Of a DNA stretch of 44,566 nt, positions 1-11,735 are shown piece by piece. The translations under genes were made by a program, and so were the position numbers. How positions within the stretch are numbered: the first letter of the stretch is position 1; every line of letters begins with the position of its first letter. The notes under the pieces are model-generated. The model did not search any database and was not told where the DNA came from. It saw nothing but the letters and a program-made list of their open reading frames with translations. This stretch comes from Octopus bimaculoides (Eukaryota): the NCBI RefSeq assembly GCF_001194135.2, contig NC_068984.1, positions 84,378,418 to 84,422,983 on the forward strand, written 5' to 3'.

Positions 1-13
1 GGGATTAATTATG

Positions 14-21
<8 letters not shown>

Positions 22-56
<35 letters not shown>
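22..56. repeat. (GT)n microsatellite
   Basis: Perfect GT dinucleotide run. Confidence 0.95.
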
Positions 57-58
<2 letters not shown>

Positions 59-74
59 CATGCACATAATTACT

Positions 75-480
75 CATACTGGGCACCGCTTTGAAGAATT
101 TTAGCCTGGCACTTACTCCTTGGCCGATCCGCTGAATTACGGGGACGTAAATATACCAATAATCGGTGCTGGTAAATAAACACAGACTCAAAGACACACA
201 TACATATATATATATACATATACATACACACACACACACATATATATATACATGCATGCATGCATGCATGCATGCATGCATACATACATACATACATACA
301 TACATACATACATACATACATACATACATGTGTGTGTGTGTACAACAGGCTTCTTTCAGTTTCTGTCTACCAAATCCACTCATAAGGTCCGAGGCTGTAG
401 TAGAAGATAGTTGTCCAAGGTCCCACACAGTGGGACTGAACCCGTAACTATGTAGCTGAGAAGCATTACTGCCCACAAGG
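75..480 (-). mobile_element. tRNA-derived SINE, family A, with expanded internal compound microsatellite (CA/TA/CATG/CATA)
   Basis: Reverse complement matches the copies at 7568-7975 and 43171-43624 (GTGAGTGGATTTGGTAGACGGAAACTGAAAGAAGCC core, GGTTCAGTCCCACTG B-box region). Confidence 0.85.
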
Positions 481-682
481 GGCTACACACAGAGGGGACA
501 AACAAGGACAGACAAACGGGTTAAGTCGATTATATCGACTCCAGTGCGTAACTAGTACTTATTTAATCGACCCCGAAAAGCAAAGTCGACCTCGGCGGAA
601 TTTGAACTCAGAACGTAGCGGCAGACGAAATACAGCTAATCGTTTCGCCCGGCATGCTAACGTTTCTGCCAGCTCGCCGCCT
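481..682 (-). mobile_element. SINE, family B
   Basis: Head AGGCGGCGAGCTGGCAGAAACGTTAGC and GTTCAAATTCCGCCGAGGTCGACTTTGC on the minus strand; many homologous copies in the window. Confidence 0.85.
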
Positions 683-1412
683 GGTGGCAAGAGGCAAACT
701 TCTTGCCACACAGCCACACACACACACCCATTCACACTTCTGTGTGTATATCTGTGTCACTGTGTGTGTGCGCGCGAGTGTGTGTGAATTGTGCGCGTAT
801 ATTTCCTTTTTTATATATACTCCACACGCACACACATTATATACATCTAAATATAACAACAAAAGCAACAAGAGGAACAATAACACCAGCTGTAACAACA
901 TCAAGAATAAAATTATAAACAACGAAACGAAATAATTCCAACAAGATCAATTTATTGAAATGTTTGGTCAACACAGACACTTCAGATCGGAGTGTTTCAA
1001 GCGATTTCAATCGACTGATCTTAATGGGGTTTCTTCCCTTGTCTTGTTTTTGTTTGCTACTTTGGAATTCTCCGCTTAGCAGGTTAATCAACTTCGCGGG
1101 AAGAGTTATTCTAAGAGCGCGTTCTGCCTCATCTTCGAAACGCCTAGTTTAGAATAGAGGCAGCTGATGAATGAAAAGTTCCATAAGTGGCTTGTCTGCT
1201 TTCCTATGTGTTCATTCTGTTGTTCGAAAAAAAGTCCGTTTTTTTGTGCTTTGTTTATGTTCCCGTTCCTTTTTTCTCCACGTTTTTTTGACGTCCTGTA
1301 CCCGGATATGCATCTATATATACATGTAGATGTAGGTATGTACATATATGTATGTATACATGCATATGCTCACATATCATTTGTATTATTATTATATATA
1401 TATATATATATA

Positions 1413-1478
1413 CGTTTTCTGATCAATAAGTATCCGGACTGTTGCTATAGTAACGAAGCTAAAGCACAGAGAGTGAAG
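1413..1478 (+). mobile_element. Mariner left end (TIR plus 5' sequence), running into an N-gap
   Basis: Identical to 1809-1874; preceded by (TA)n. Confidence 0.6.
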
Positions 1479-1612
1479 NNNNNNNNNNNNNNNNNNNNNN
1501 NNNNNNNNNNNNNNNNNNNNNNNNNNNNNNNNNNNNNNNNNNNNNNNNNNNNNNNNNNNNNNNNNNNNNNNNNNNNNNNNNNNNNNNNNNNNNNNNNNNN
1601 NNNNNNNNNNNN
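1479..1612. other. Assembly gap (N run)
   Basis: Run of N. Confidence 1.
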
Positions 1613-1808
1613 AATCCAGAAACGCGTCTATGATTAACTTTAAATGATTAGTTTTCATTGTTTTTTCTTCTTGTTTTTGCCTTTGTGAGTTACAAGTAAC
1701 TGTTGGAGTCTCAGCTTTTTTAGCTGCTATTTCTGAACTTCGGTATGTGGTGAAGTAAATGCTTGCTGATCCCTTAATTATGTTTTTATATATATATATA
1801 TATATATA

Positions 1809-2091
1809 CGTTTTCTGATCAATAAGTATCCGGACTGTTGCTATAGTAACGAAGCTAAAGCACAGAGAGTGAAGCCGCTTGGCGCAGATTGACCTTGAAC
1901 TCTACTGTGCATGCGCACTAAAGTTTAACGTTTTAGCTCATTAATGTCTTGCTCTTTATAGCAATGCTTGGAAGGAAGGTGTGTAGTGTGTGGTCGTCGC
2001 ATTGACCATAACAGAGAAAGTGGAACAAAGACTCTGCATCAAATTTTGCCAAAAGCTTGGTGATACCTACTCAGAGGCCTACGCAAAGTTT
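1809..2091 (+). mobile_element. Mariner transposon 5' fragment (TIR, 5' UTR, transposase N-terminus)
   Basis: TA followed by CGTTTTCTGATCAATAAGTATCCGGAC (mariner-type TIR); translates TEKVEQRLCIKFCQKLGDTYSEAYAKF, a typical mariner N-terminal EQRxCIKF motif. Confidence 0.8.
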
Positions 2092-2533
2092 TCAAAGCGT
2101 TTTCATCGTTCCCAACACAATGAAGGAGATCTTGTGTAACTGAAACCCAAGTGTCCTTTTGGTCAGCTGAAAGCAATTTTGGCACAAACTTGGCAGACAC
2201 GCGTCTCATACTGAAATCTTCAGTGATAATGGACTGAACTGAACCGTAACTAATCTGCACATCCTCTGATAACTCACGGATGGTGATTCGACAATTTTGC
2301 CTCATAGCTGCACGCACATCTGCTATGATTTTCTCAGTTCTGTTCGTTGCGGGTCTCCCAGAACGGTCGTCAATATCGTCATTTTTCGGCCATCTTGGAA
2401 ACGTCTGAACCACTCGTACGCTTTTGTGCTGCTCATACACTTCTCTCCATATACTTTCTGAAACTTTGCGTAGGCCTCTGATCAGGTATCGCCATGACAA
2501 CTTTCTCTGTCATGGTCAATGCAACGATCACAC
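2092..2533 (-). mobile_element. Mariner transposase HTH fragment (pseudogenised), inverted relative to 1809-2091
   Basis: Minus-strand translation gives RSGRP, TIRELSEDVQISYGSVQSIITEDFSMRRVSAKFVPKLL (mariner HTH plus WVP(K/H)xL-type linker); frameshifted. Confidence 0.9.
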
Positions 2534-3239
2534 ATATATATATAGCTTCATCCATGACAATTTGAAATTTCAGAGTGGGTCCAGACTCCAACGCCTCTTT
2601 GAAACTATCTAAAATTGCTATTCTCTATCTCTTGGAGTTTATGAATCAAATCAAACTTTGTGTTTGAGAAGATGATATAACTATTTGGATCTTATCTCTT
2701 TAAGCCACTAACAATATGCCGTTAGAAAAACCAGCTCTCTTTATCAGAAAAGATATTGAATCCATCTAATCTTAATGAATCACTTTTTATTCCAATGATG
2801 TTGGTTACATAAAAAAGAACATTTCTAAATTTGAGTTGAACTTTCTGATGTTCAGTAAAAATGTCTGGATTCTTTGATAAAAAAAAAACTGTCACAGTTG
2901 ATATAGTGGACTTGTAAAAACGGTCAATTAACTTTCTCATTGGTATAGCACGTGTCAGTTCCGTTTCTGACTTCGAATTTATCACAAAGTTTGTATTGTA
3001 TTTGGTGACAGATGATGCTATCTTTTCAGAAGCATAGTAATATCCAGAATCATATTTGAAAGCACTCCTCTTCCACCAATATATACATGTACGTTTATGA
3101 ATTCGTTTTGCAAGATTCCTGATGTGAAATCGTGTGTTGAAACAGATATTGTTTTACCCTATCTAATGGTTATCTAACGCTTTTCTAAACATTAGATCAG
3201 TATTAGATATGGTAAATCTACGGATTAAAGTAGTAGAAC

Positions 3240-3500
3240 GACCAGGAACCTCCATAAAATCCTTGATCTATACAACATATCCATTCGATAGGTCACCATG
3301 TATGGAGAACGATTGTATAGTAAGATGAACCCACAGGTTAACTGTAAGATTAGGAATGTAGTCTATAGCTTACGATGTACTGAGGAACGGAGCAGAAACA
3401 AGACAATTTACATTGGGGAGACAGCACGTAGCATAGGGGAGCAGATAGGCGAACACTGGCGGGAGCTCAACGATGAGAACAGACATGACACTTAGACAGA
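3240..3500 (+). mobile_element. Penelope-like retroelement GIY-YIG endonuclease remnant
   Basis: ORF 3298-3495 reads NCKIRNVVYSLRC...IYIGETARSIGEQIGEH, matching the PLE NVVY...YIGET.R....R..EH signature. Confidence 0.8.
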
Positions 3501-4270
3501 TTACAGCGGCCACACACATAGTAATAGACAGACCTCAACAGAAAACATGAATGAAACAATAACACCCCCACGACCACACTACGCAACACAACGACAAAGA
3601 CAGAAAAGGAAAAAAAGATACAGATACAAACAGTATAATACATAAAGCCATATACACACATACAAAAGACAAACATACACATACTTATGAAATATAAGAA
3701 ATAAGGTTAAATAAGTAAATAAATGGGGAAAAAACTATATAAAGGGCACGGATACAAACAATATAATAAGCAAACCCATATACACACTCATGAAACATGC
3801 AAACAAAACACATGAACACGCGTACACAAACGTGGTGGTCGTGGTGGCGGCGGCGGTTCTTCTTCTTGCTAGTGCATTGATGTTACTGTACGGTTGTTAA
3901 TGTTATCACTATTGTTGTTTAACCCCATATTAGCTTCAAATGAGCAGACCTAAGTCCAGAGACATTCTAGCCTTGACCATCCCGTCGTTTTAAATATATT
4001 TTCCAGTATCCGGTACCCTTTTCTTTCTTTAATAAAAAATCAAAAAAGGTAGTACCTCGTGGATTCCAGAAACGCTGTTATTATTTCCTGCAGGTCAAAT
4101 AACCAGATAGGGGTGTCCCCATTTCGTTGTCGATGTTGCCATGCAATTACGGCTGTTGTTTGCAGTTGTTACTTTTTGTTATTGCTATTTAGTTCTATGA
4201 TATTTCAGCTCTAATCCACTAGATCCAGGAGTCCAGCTGTGATCATCCAATCTGGGCTTTTTAATAAATT

Positions 4271-4308
<38 letters not shown>

Positions 4309-5374
4309 CTTTCTTACTTTCTCTGTCTTTCTATTTTTATGTGTATCTTTCTGCGCACGTGTGCATCGTGTTTGCCTCCAACGCCAAAAAGTACTGTCGA
4401 TATAACAAGCTGAATATCCAGTTAGCCGTGCCAAATCGTCAGCGTCCAATCCTCTCATTCCAATATGAGAAATATTTTGCTGTTATTTCAAGCAGATCGA
4501 ACCTCTACCTAGATGCTCGTTCCAAAATATTATATTACAACCAAAATACATTCCTACAATCAAATCATTTCATGATTGCGTATTCCGTTAGCACATTTTT
4601 ACGTTCAAATCATTTAAAAATATATTATTAAAGAGTCCATATTATATAATCACATAATTGAATATTTCGAAATACATAATTACAAACTAGTTTCACTTTT
4701 AATGGGTGATATTCATTGCGATGCATGTATGTAACGGCTTGCTACTAGCCTTCTCTTAATATGTATGTATGTATGTATGTATGCATGCGTTTTTTTCTAT
4801 ATGTTTCTATGTAGACATGATGTGTACTTATATGTATGTACTAGCTCCTGTGGAGGTCTCTTCACTGGGCCTTGGGCCCAACAATGACACTTCATGCATT
4901 GAGCATATATTAAATTTTATTAACTTCAACAATATTTTTCAAGCAATGAACAATTTTCATCAAAATTATATAATTTGTCGACTTGGAACTTATTGCAAAG
5001 CTGCATAATAAACAACATTTTTTGTCTTCCCATTCAGGGTCTGTGCAAATAGCTTGTTTCCATTCCTTATCTTTGAACAACCAACATATAGCTGGCCGTA
5101 AGCAACAATAAACTTACCTTAATTCTTCTACCACCGCTTAATTTAAAGACAATTTAATGTACGTAGGGCCTTACTTTTCGTACAAACAATTATTTGTAGT
5201 AGCTGGTACGTATCTAAACTCCTGTTCGTAGTTTGAAGAAAAATTACACCACTGTCGCTAAACACTATTTTAAAGTGCGATTTTTATGGTTTGGAATTGC
5301 TCTAAACGTATCTGACCATAAAGATGTTTGAAATTTAGTATTTTTTAGGGTAATAATAAAATTAATCGAATCTA

Positions 5375-5602
5375 TTGGGTTGTCCGGAAAGTTCGTACCG
5401 ATTTATAGTAGCTTACCTTTCGACTTATTTGCCATGAAACCACCTCAATTCTGGGAAGAGGGTATTTTCAAGTTGAAGGAAAGATGGAGACGCATTGTGC
5501 AATAAAATGGTTCATATTTGGTTGATCTAAAATGTAATGGCAAGTATTTATTGACCGTTTTCTTTCCTTTAAAAATCGGCACGAACTTTCCGGACAACCC
5601 AA
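5375..5602. mobile_element. Tc1/mariner-type MITE, 228 bp
   Basis: 30-bp TIRs TTGGGTTGTCCGGAAAGTTCGT(A/G)CCGATTT with 1 mismatch; TA on both flanks (5373-5374, 5603-5604). Confidence 0.9.
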
Positions 5603-6357
5603 TATTTTCATGCGGTCGGAATGCACTAAGTTTCGACGGCCGACGGCATGAAAATAGGTCCAACAAATTTTATTAATATTTGACAAAATACTAAGTTTCC
5701 AACATTTTTATGGTAGAGAGTTATGAGAGGTAATATTGTATGAGAGAATTAATTCAATACGTATTTCAGTTCTGAACGTTATGAAGCACGTCTTATGGTT
5801 AAATTACTTGATACAGTTATAATATTTAGAGAAATATTTTTTCAAAATGTTTGTTTTGGAAATTACTTTTGGAAATAGTTCCAATATTTAGAGAAATATT
5901 TTTTCAGAATGTTAGGATTAAGAAAAAAACAAGAATGAAGAATAGGAGAAGAGTCATTGAATAGTAACAGAGGGGTAAAGCATGAGGAATAGTAGAAGTG
6001 TCATTCAACAGTAAGAGAGTATGAATGCATGACTGTGTTATAAGGAGCTAAGCATTGCATGGACACTTGTACCCTTAGCATTATCTTCAGATAGACTCAG
6101 CAGGTCATTGTGTAGAGCAAAGTCAAACTCATGTCCGCTTACCCAATTTCTCCCAAAGGGTTTGAGTCGACTCGATGGTATGATATGCGATACTTGCCAA
6201 TGGTTTTTACAATGAGATCAAATGCTAAACTTTGTGGTTATAAAGCAAGCTTGTTAGCCATTCAACTGTCCATTCATATTGATGTACATATTGGTTTCAA
6301 ATTGGTTTCAGCTTTTAGTACAATGCCAACAGGTTTGAGGAAGGGCTTAATCAATTA

Positions 6358-6515
6358 CAACGAACCCAGTATTCAGCTGGTACTTACTTTATCAACCCTG
6401 AAAGGATGAAAGGCAAAATTGACCTCGGTGGAATTTGAACTCGGAACATAGAGACAGACGAAATGCTGCTAAGCACTTCGCCTGACATGCTAACGATTCT
6501 GCCAGCTTGCTGCCT
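6358..6515 (-). mobile_element. SINE, family B
   Basis: Homologous to 481-682. Confidence 0.8.
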
Positions 6516-6769
6516 TACATATCGATACATATATTAAAATCATTTATATATCTCTATGCTGATACATGCATATTGGTACAGATATCACTCCCGTCATCAG
6601 ATGTCCTTTTTCAGAACTCTGACCATTGGAGTATCTCTAGAACTGCAGTGTCTTGATTCTTTGTCAGTCAGGTTACTTACAAACATGTCGTACCCATCAC
6701 CTCTGTCTATGTTATAGGATTCCTACACAGCATTGTCACAATAGATACCTACCGCCATCACTACAAAAA

Positions 6770-6905
6770 TAAATGTATCATCAACACTTCCACAACTATT
6801 ACTAACACCACAGCGACAACAATAACAACACTATCATCACAACCACAACAACTGCTACAATCCCTTCTCCACAACTAATTACAACAACAATAACAACACC
6901 AATAA
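6770..6905. repeat. Degenerate (ACA)n low-complexity tract
   Basis: ACA/AAC-rich imperfect repeats. Confidence 0.7.
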
Positions 6906-7567
6906 GTTTGATTATGTTCCTTACTTCCACATGGAAGGAGTTATCTCCAACAAAAAGAGTTAATGTAAAACAGTTTATATGGGAACAATATTATTGAGAC
7001 TGCAAAGGCAAGTTGTGACAATAACCTCAAAGTATAAAACCATTTCTAGTTGAAACATGAAAATATTGGCACTGTGTCAACTACTGCTACCACCACCACC
7101 ACCACCACCACTCCTATTTGTACTACTACCAGCACAGAAACTAATGTGGGTGTTTCAAAGTAACCACTTGACATGCTAGAAATAGAAGTCAAATCCTCAA
7201 AAAAAAAATAATAAATAATCCCACCTTGCTGTCACCCTACTATTTTAAAAAAGGAATGAGACTTATGTCTAAGCATAATTTATCCTGGGTACAGTAAATC
7301 TTGGACTAAGATACGATGGTCACAGCATGAACACTTTTGATCATAGAACTGCTCATCAGAGATAACTTGAGGTTAAACAATAACAACAACAACAACACCA
7401 ATGACAATAGCATCTTTTTTCACTGAACTTTTTAAATGTTTACTTTGAGCTCCAAAGATTTTTGTAGGCAACTTTTGGCAGTTAAGGTGAGGACCTGTTA
7501 GACAGGAGAATAAAGGGACTATGTTATACCTGTGCCTAGGAATTTATTGGGATCTCATAAAATGTTT

Positions 7568-7975
7568 GCAGGAGTGGCTGTGTGGTAAGTAGCTTGCTTA
7601 CCAACCACATGGTTCTGGGTTCAGTCCCACTGCATGACACCTTGGGCAAGTGTCTTCTACTATAGCCTCAGGCCAACCAAAGCCTTGTGAGTGGATTTGG
7701 CAGACGGAAACTGAAAGAAACCCGTCGTATATATGTATATATAGATATATGTATGTGATGTGTGTGTGTATGTTTGTGTATCTGTGTTTGTCCCCCTAGC
7801 TTTGCTTGACAACCGATGCTGGTGTGTTTATGTCCACGTCACTTAGCGGTTTGGCAAAAAGAGACTGATAGAATAAGTACTAGGCTTACAAAGAATAAGT
7901 CCTGGGGTCGATTTGCTCGACTAAAGGTGGTGCTCCAGCATGGCCACAGTCAAATGACTGAAACAAGTAAAAGAG
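7568..7975 (+). mobile_element. tRNA-derived SINE, family A, near full length
   Basis: GGAGTGGCTGTGTGGTAAG A-box region, GGTTCAGTCCC B-box region, internal microsatellite, 3' ...GACTGAAACAAGTAAAAGAG; closely similar to 43171-43624. Confidence 0.9.
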
Positions 7976-8309
7976 TATACATTGAAGAATAACATTCACA
8001 TTTTAAGAGGCAGTGCCACAAGAAATTTTATGTTTCCTGATAAGATTCCTCTCAGCAGCCTGGGGTGAGCTCAATGTAGCTTGAGCTGGCAGAAAATTCC
8101 AGAATCCAATTCTGAGGAGGAAGCATTGGAAAAAGTGTTTAGTGGGAGATTTTGTGAGTGAGACACAATGAGCACTTCACCATCTTCCTGGATTAAACAA
8201 TTAGGATTAAGGATGGTGTAGGAGCTGTAACAGTTGCACCAAATGGATCTGGGTAGTTATTGGTGTTTTGCTGTTGCTGTTGTGTAGCCCCCGGTCTACC
8301 CTGACTGAG

Positions 8310-8701
8310 CGTGGAGGCTCAATGGCCCAGTGATTAGGGCAGCAGACTCGCGGTCATAGGATTGCGGTTTCGATTCCCAGACCGGCTGTTGTGAGTGTTT
8401 ATTGAGCGAAAACACCTAAAGCTCCACAAGGCTCCGGCAGGGGATGGTGGTGAACCCTGCTGTACTCTTTCACCACAACTTTCTCTCACTCTTACTTCCT
8501 GTTTCTGTTGTGCCTGTAATTCAAAGGGTCAGCCTTATCACATTGTGTCATGCTGAATATCCCTGAGAACTACGTTAAGGGTACACGTGTCTGTGGAGTG
8601 CTCAGCCACTTGCACGTTAATTTCACGAGCAGGCTGTTCCGTTGATCGGATCAACTGGAACCCTCAACGTCATAAGCGACGGAGTGCCAACAACAACAAC
8701 A
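8310..8701 (+). mobile_element. tRNA-derived SINE, family D, full length with (CAA)n tail and 12-bp TSD
   Basis: TGGCCCAGTGATTAG / GGTTTCGATTCCC Pol III boxes; ACCCTGACTGAG at both 8298-8309 and 8702-8713. Confidence 0.85.
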
Positions 8702-9959
8702 ACCCTGACTGAGAAGACTTATAATCAAAGGCATTTCAGTTATGAGCACACTATCATTTTCCTATGCGTAGAAAATTTGTTGGTGAATCTGTTTCTTCTG
8801 TGATAACTGTAGAAGAAACACCATCTCTGTGTGATAATGGCTATTGTGTGGTTGAGTCAGATACTGCTATAATCACAACAGAAGAAACAATACCTCTGTG
8901 AGATAGTGGCTGTGGTGTATTGGTGAGTTTGTCTCAGCCAATCAACCAATCAGCCTTTTTTTTAAGATATGATCTAGGATATTTATATATTAACAGTAAT
9001 ACTGTAACACATATGTGACCAGTAAAACAATTATGAGTTGAGGTGAGCTTTGTGGTAAGTTTTCAACTGATCAGGGTTGATATAATTTCTAGTCAAGGAG
9101 CTGTACTTTAGTCTTTGGGAACAATGTTAGTAGTGATATGATCCTCTGACAGTTTTGACAATGTATCTTTTATGTTGTTCGTTCATAGGTTGCATGTAAT
9201 GTAAGTGTATTTATTTGATTTGTCTAGTGATTGTGTTTTTCGGTTTTTGAAGAAAACAGTGCTGTTATATGTTTGTTGGAGGCTGTTTTTCAAGTATGCT
9301 TTGTATGTGTTATTTACACTTTATCCAGAGGATGATTCTATGTAGAAAGTCATGGAGGAGTGACAGTTAGTATCATCTGAACAAGTATGTATATGCATGT
9401 GGTTAGATGCAACAGTGATTCATTAATGTTCAGAATAAAGAGACTAAAACACATTCAGCAAATCTGGGAAACACCAGATTTGATAAAATATAGTTAGATG
9501 TATGTGATAAAATTTTGTTTCTTTGTTTCTACCAATTAAGAATTGACGTAATTAAAAAAGAAAATTCATAGATTTTTACATAGATACGCACATACATACA
9601 AACACACATAGAAATGGAAAAGTAAAAATATGCAAGACATTTCTAAAGCTCAACATGTAACACTTATCATTGTTATTATCTGAAGCCTAGCAAGCATACA
9701 GACACATACATACGTATGTACATCACACACACACTTATATAGACTTTCTGTATGTATCTTATTTATGCATCCATTTGGCTGTGGGATAGTGTCAAAAGAA
9801 GAAATCCCTCTGAGATGCCACGTGTTAAAACACACTGAATACTTCAAACCAGGCAAGACAACTAACCTCATAAGTGATTGAGAATGATGGTTATCAATAT
9901 TTTGCTGTTTTTGCTGCTCTTCAACATTGTGTACTCAAGTTACCTCAGAATAAATTGCA

Positions 9960-10900
9960 ATTGCTAGTCTGAGGCTTATATGCAGTCCCTTCTTATTCAT
10001 CATTGTCCTCCAGGCCAGAACAGAAATTTAAGCCCCACTGCTTCTGGGAACTACTATATACTGATGATTTCATTCTCATAGTGAAATCTGTAACAGAATT
10101 AGAAAGAAATTCTAGGTGTGGAAGCAAAACCTAGAATCAAAGGGCCATGGAGTTTACTTAGCAAAGATCAAAGTTTTAGTACACTGGAAAACAGACAGGA
10201 CACCACCTACAGCAATGTAAATGGCCCTGCTCTATATGTAGGAAAAGTGTAGGCAGGACTTCCATAAGTGTAAGCTAGGGACACACAAGAAGTATAGTGG
10301 ATTCACAGGAAGACTACCAGAGAAATGGTGTCGTATATGGAAGATACACTGGTAGATAATTGTTGTTACCTAGATGACCTAATTAGCAGTGATGGAAGAT
10401 GTTCCAAAAGTATAGCTGCTAGAATAAGAATAGGCCAGAGAAAAGTTCAGAGAGTTATTACATCTGTTTGCAATAAAAGGTCTCTCTTCAAGTGATATGC
10501 AGATTGCATGTACTTGTGTATGGACAGCAATGCTATATGGTGATGAGATGTGGGCCCTGAATGCAGAAGACATGTGAAGAGAAGAGAGGAATGAAGTTAG
10601 TATGCTCTGTTGGATGTGCAATGCCAGTGTACATGCATGAAGTGCTAAAGTACTGAATAAAAAATTATGTATAAAAGGAGTCAGATGTAGTGCACAAGAA
10701 AGAAGACTGCACTGGTTTTGTCATAAAGTAGCACTGGTCACTTAAAGTGACCAGAACTGGGTCTCCCTCTTGTGGAAGAGGGTGACCCAAGAAGACATAG
10801 GACAAAATAGGGAAGGCTGATCTCAAGATGTTGACCCTTGTGGAGGAGATGACAAAGGACTGAGACAATTGGTGATTTGCTGTGCTTGAGACGATCCTTC
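9960..10900 (+). mobile_element. RTE-clade LINE, RT C-terminal half, degenerate (pyrimidine-rich 3' region continues to about 11470)
   Basis: Translates PFLFIIVLQ...WELLYTDDFILI (RT catalytic region), CYLDDLIS, ARIRIG, TAMLYGDEMWALNAEDM, ERNEVSMLCWMC; many stops and frameshifts. Confidence 0.85.
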
Positions 10901-11476
10901 CATCACAGCAAATATGAGGTCCTAAAAAAAATTTGTCTATACTTGTACATACTGGGCCCATTCCCTACACCCATACTGCTCAGTCAAACATCCTCTGTAT
11001 CTCATCTCCCTACCCACCTCTTTCCCCAACATCGATCTCTCCTTAATACATATAACATCTCCTAACTCTGTGCTACCAATTACTGCCATCTCTCCACTTC
11101 CATCCCTCATTCTCATCTCTTACCACATATCTCCAACTATTCCCCCCACCTCCTCTGTCATGCTTCATTCTAATACCTCACATATCAACCGTCATTGCCA
11201 GCAGTTTCTTGTGTCTACCACCACACCCACTCACTATAGCCACCCTTATGTACCTTTTCATCTCTCTTCCCATGGCACCTCTGCTTTGTTCATCCTCACC
11301 TACTTCTTGAACTATCATCCCTGAGTCACTCCTGTCTCTCTCACTTTACCATCCTCCACTTCAACCATACTTGTATGCCCTATCAAGCCACTCCTTCACT
11401 CTGTTCATTACTCTCTACATTCACCCATCTCTGATCATCTGTTACTCTTCCTTCTCACTCTTACAACTGCATATGT

Positions 11477-11735
11477 GGAGGTGCATGGCATGGTGGTTAG
11501 GGTGTTGGACTCAAGATTGTGGTTTCAATTCCTGGACTGGGTGACATATTGTGTTCTTGAACAAAACACTTCATTTTACATTGCTCCAGTCCACTCAGTT
11601 GGCAAAAATGAGTAATCCTGCGATGGACCAGCATCCCATCCAGGTGCAGAATATATATACCATGAAACCAGGAAATGAGCCATTATGAGACAGTATGACT
11701 CAAGAAGATAACTTACTAACTTACTTTACTTTATA
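11477..11735 (+). mobile_element. tRNA-derived SINE, family F, with (TTAC)-like tail
   Basis: GGCATGGTGGTTAG / GGTTTCAATTCC boxes, conserved-domain-like GTGTTCTTGAACAAAACACTT...CCTGCGATGGAC. Confidence 0.65.

Noticed and set aside
9-935. ORFs rich in YI/HT/CV/MH dipeptides (also near 14608-15019, 15611-16341, 16468-16970 and 23510-23856)
   Set aside because: Translations of microsatellites and SINEs.
1125-1190. Hammerhead-ribozyme-like arrangement: CTGCCTC...GAGGCAG stem followed by CTGATGA and a short ATG/CAT stem
   Set aside because: No GAAA after stem II and no stem III/NUH geometry, so the catalytic core is incomplete.
1413-1874. Two identical mariner left ends about 400 bp apart
   Set aside because: The first runs into a gap, so a real tandem insertion cannot be distinguished from misassembly.
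2560-3170. Minus-strand peptide-like stretches (DIFTEHQKVQ, CSFLCNQHHW) suggesting a MULE-type transposase
   Set aside because: Too degenerate to support without a profile search.
5821-5913. 31-bp direct repeat 62 bp apart
   Set aside because: Only two AT-rich units; ordinary local slippage duplication, not an array.
8770-8930. Two degenerate ~69-bp-spaced units reading EETPSLCDNGYCVVE / EETIPL*DSGCGVLV
   Set aside because: In-frame stop, no convincing splice sites, only two decayed units; likely an old minisatellite or TE remnant.
9000-9480. Possible decayed LINE RT-upstream region on the minus strand (STAP.LEII-like)
   Set aside because: Only one weak motif; not supportable.
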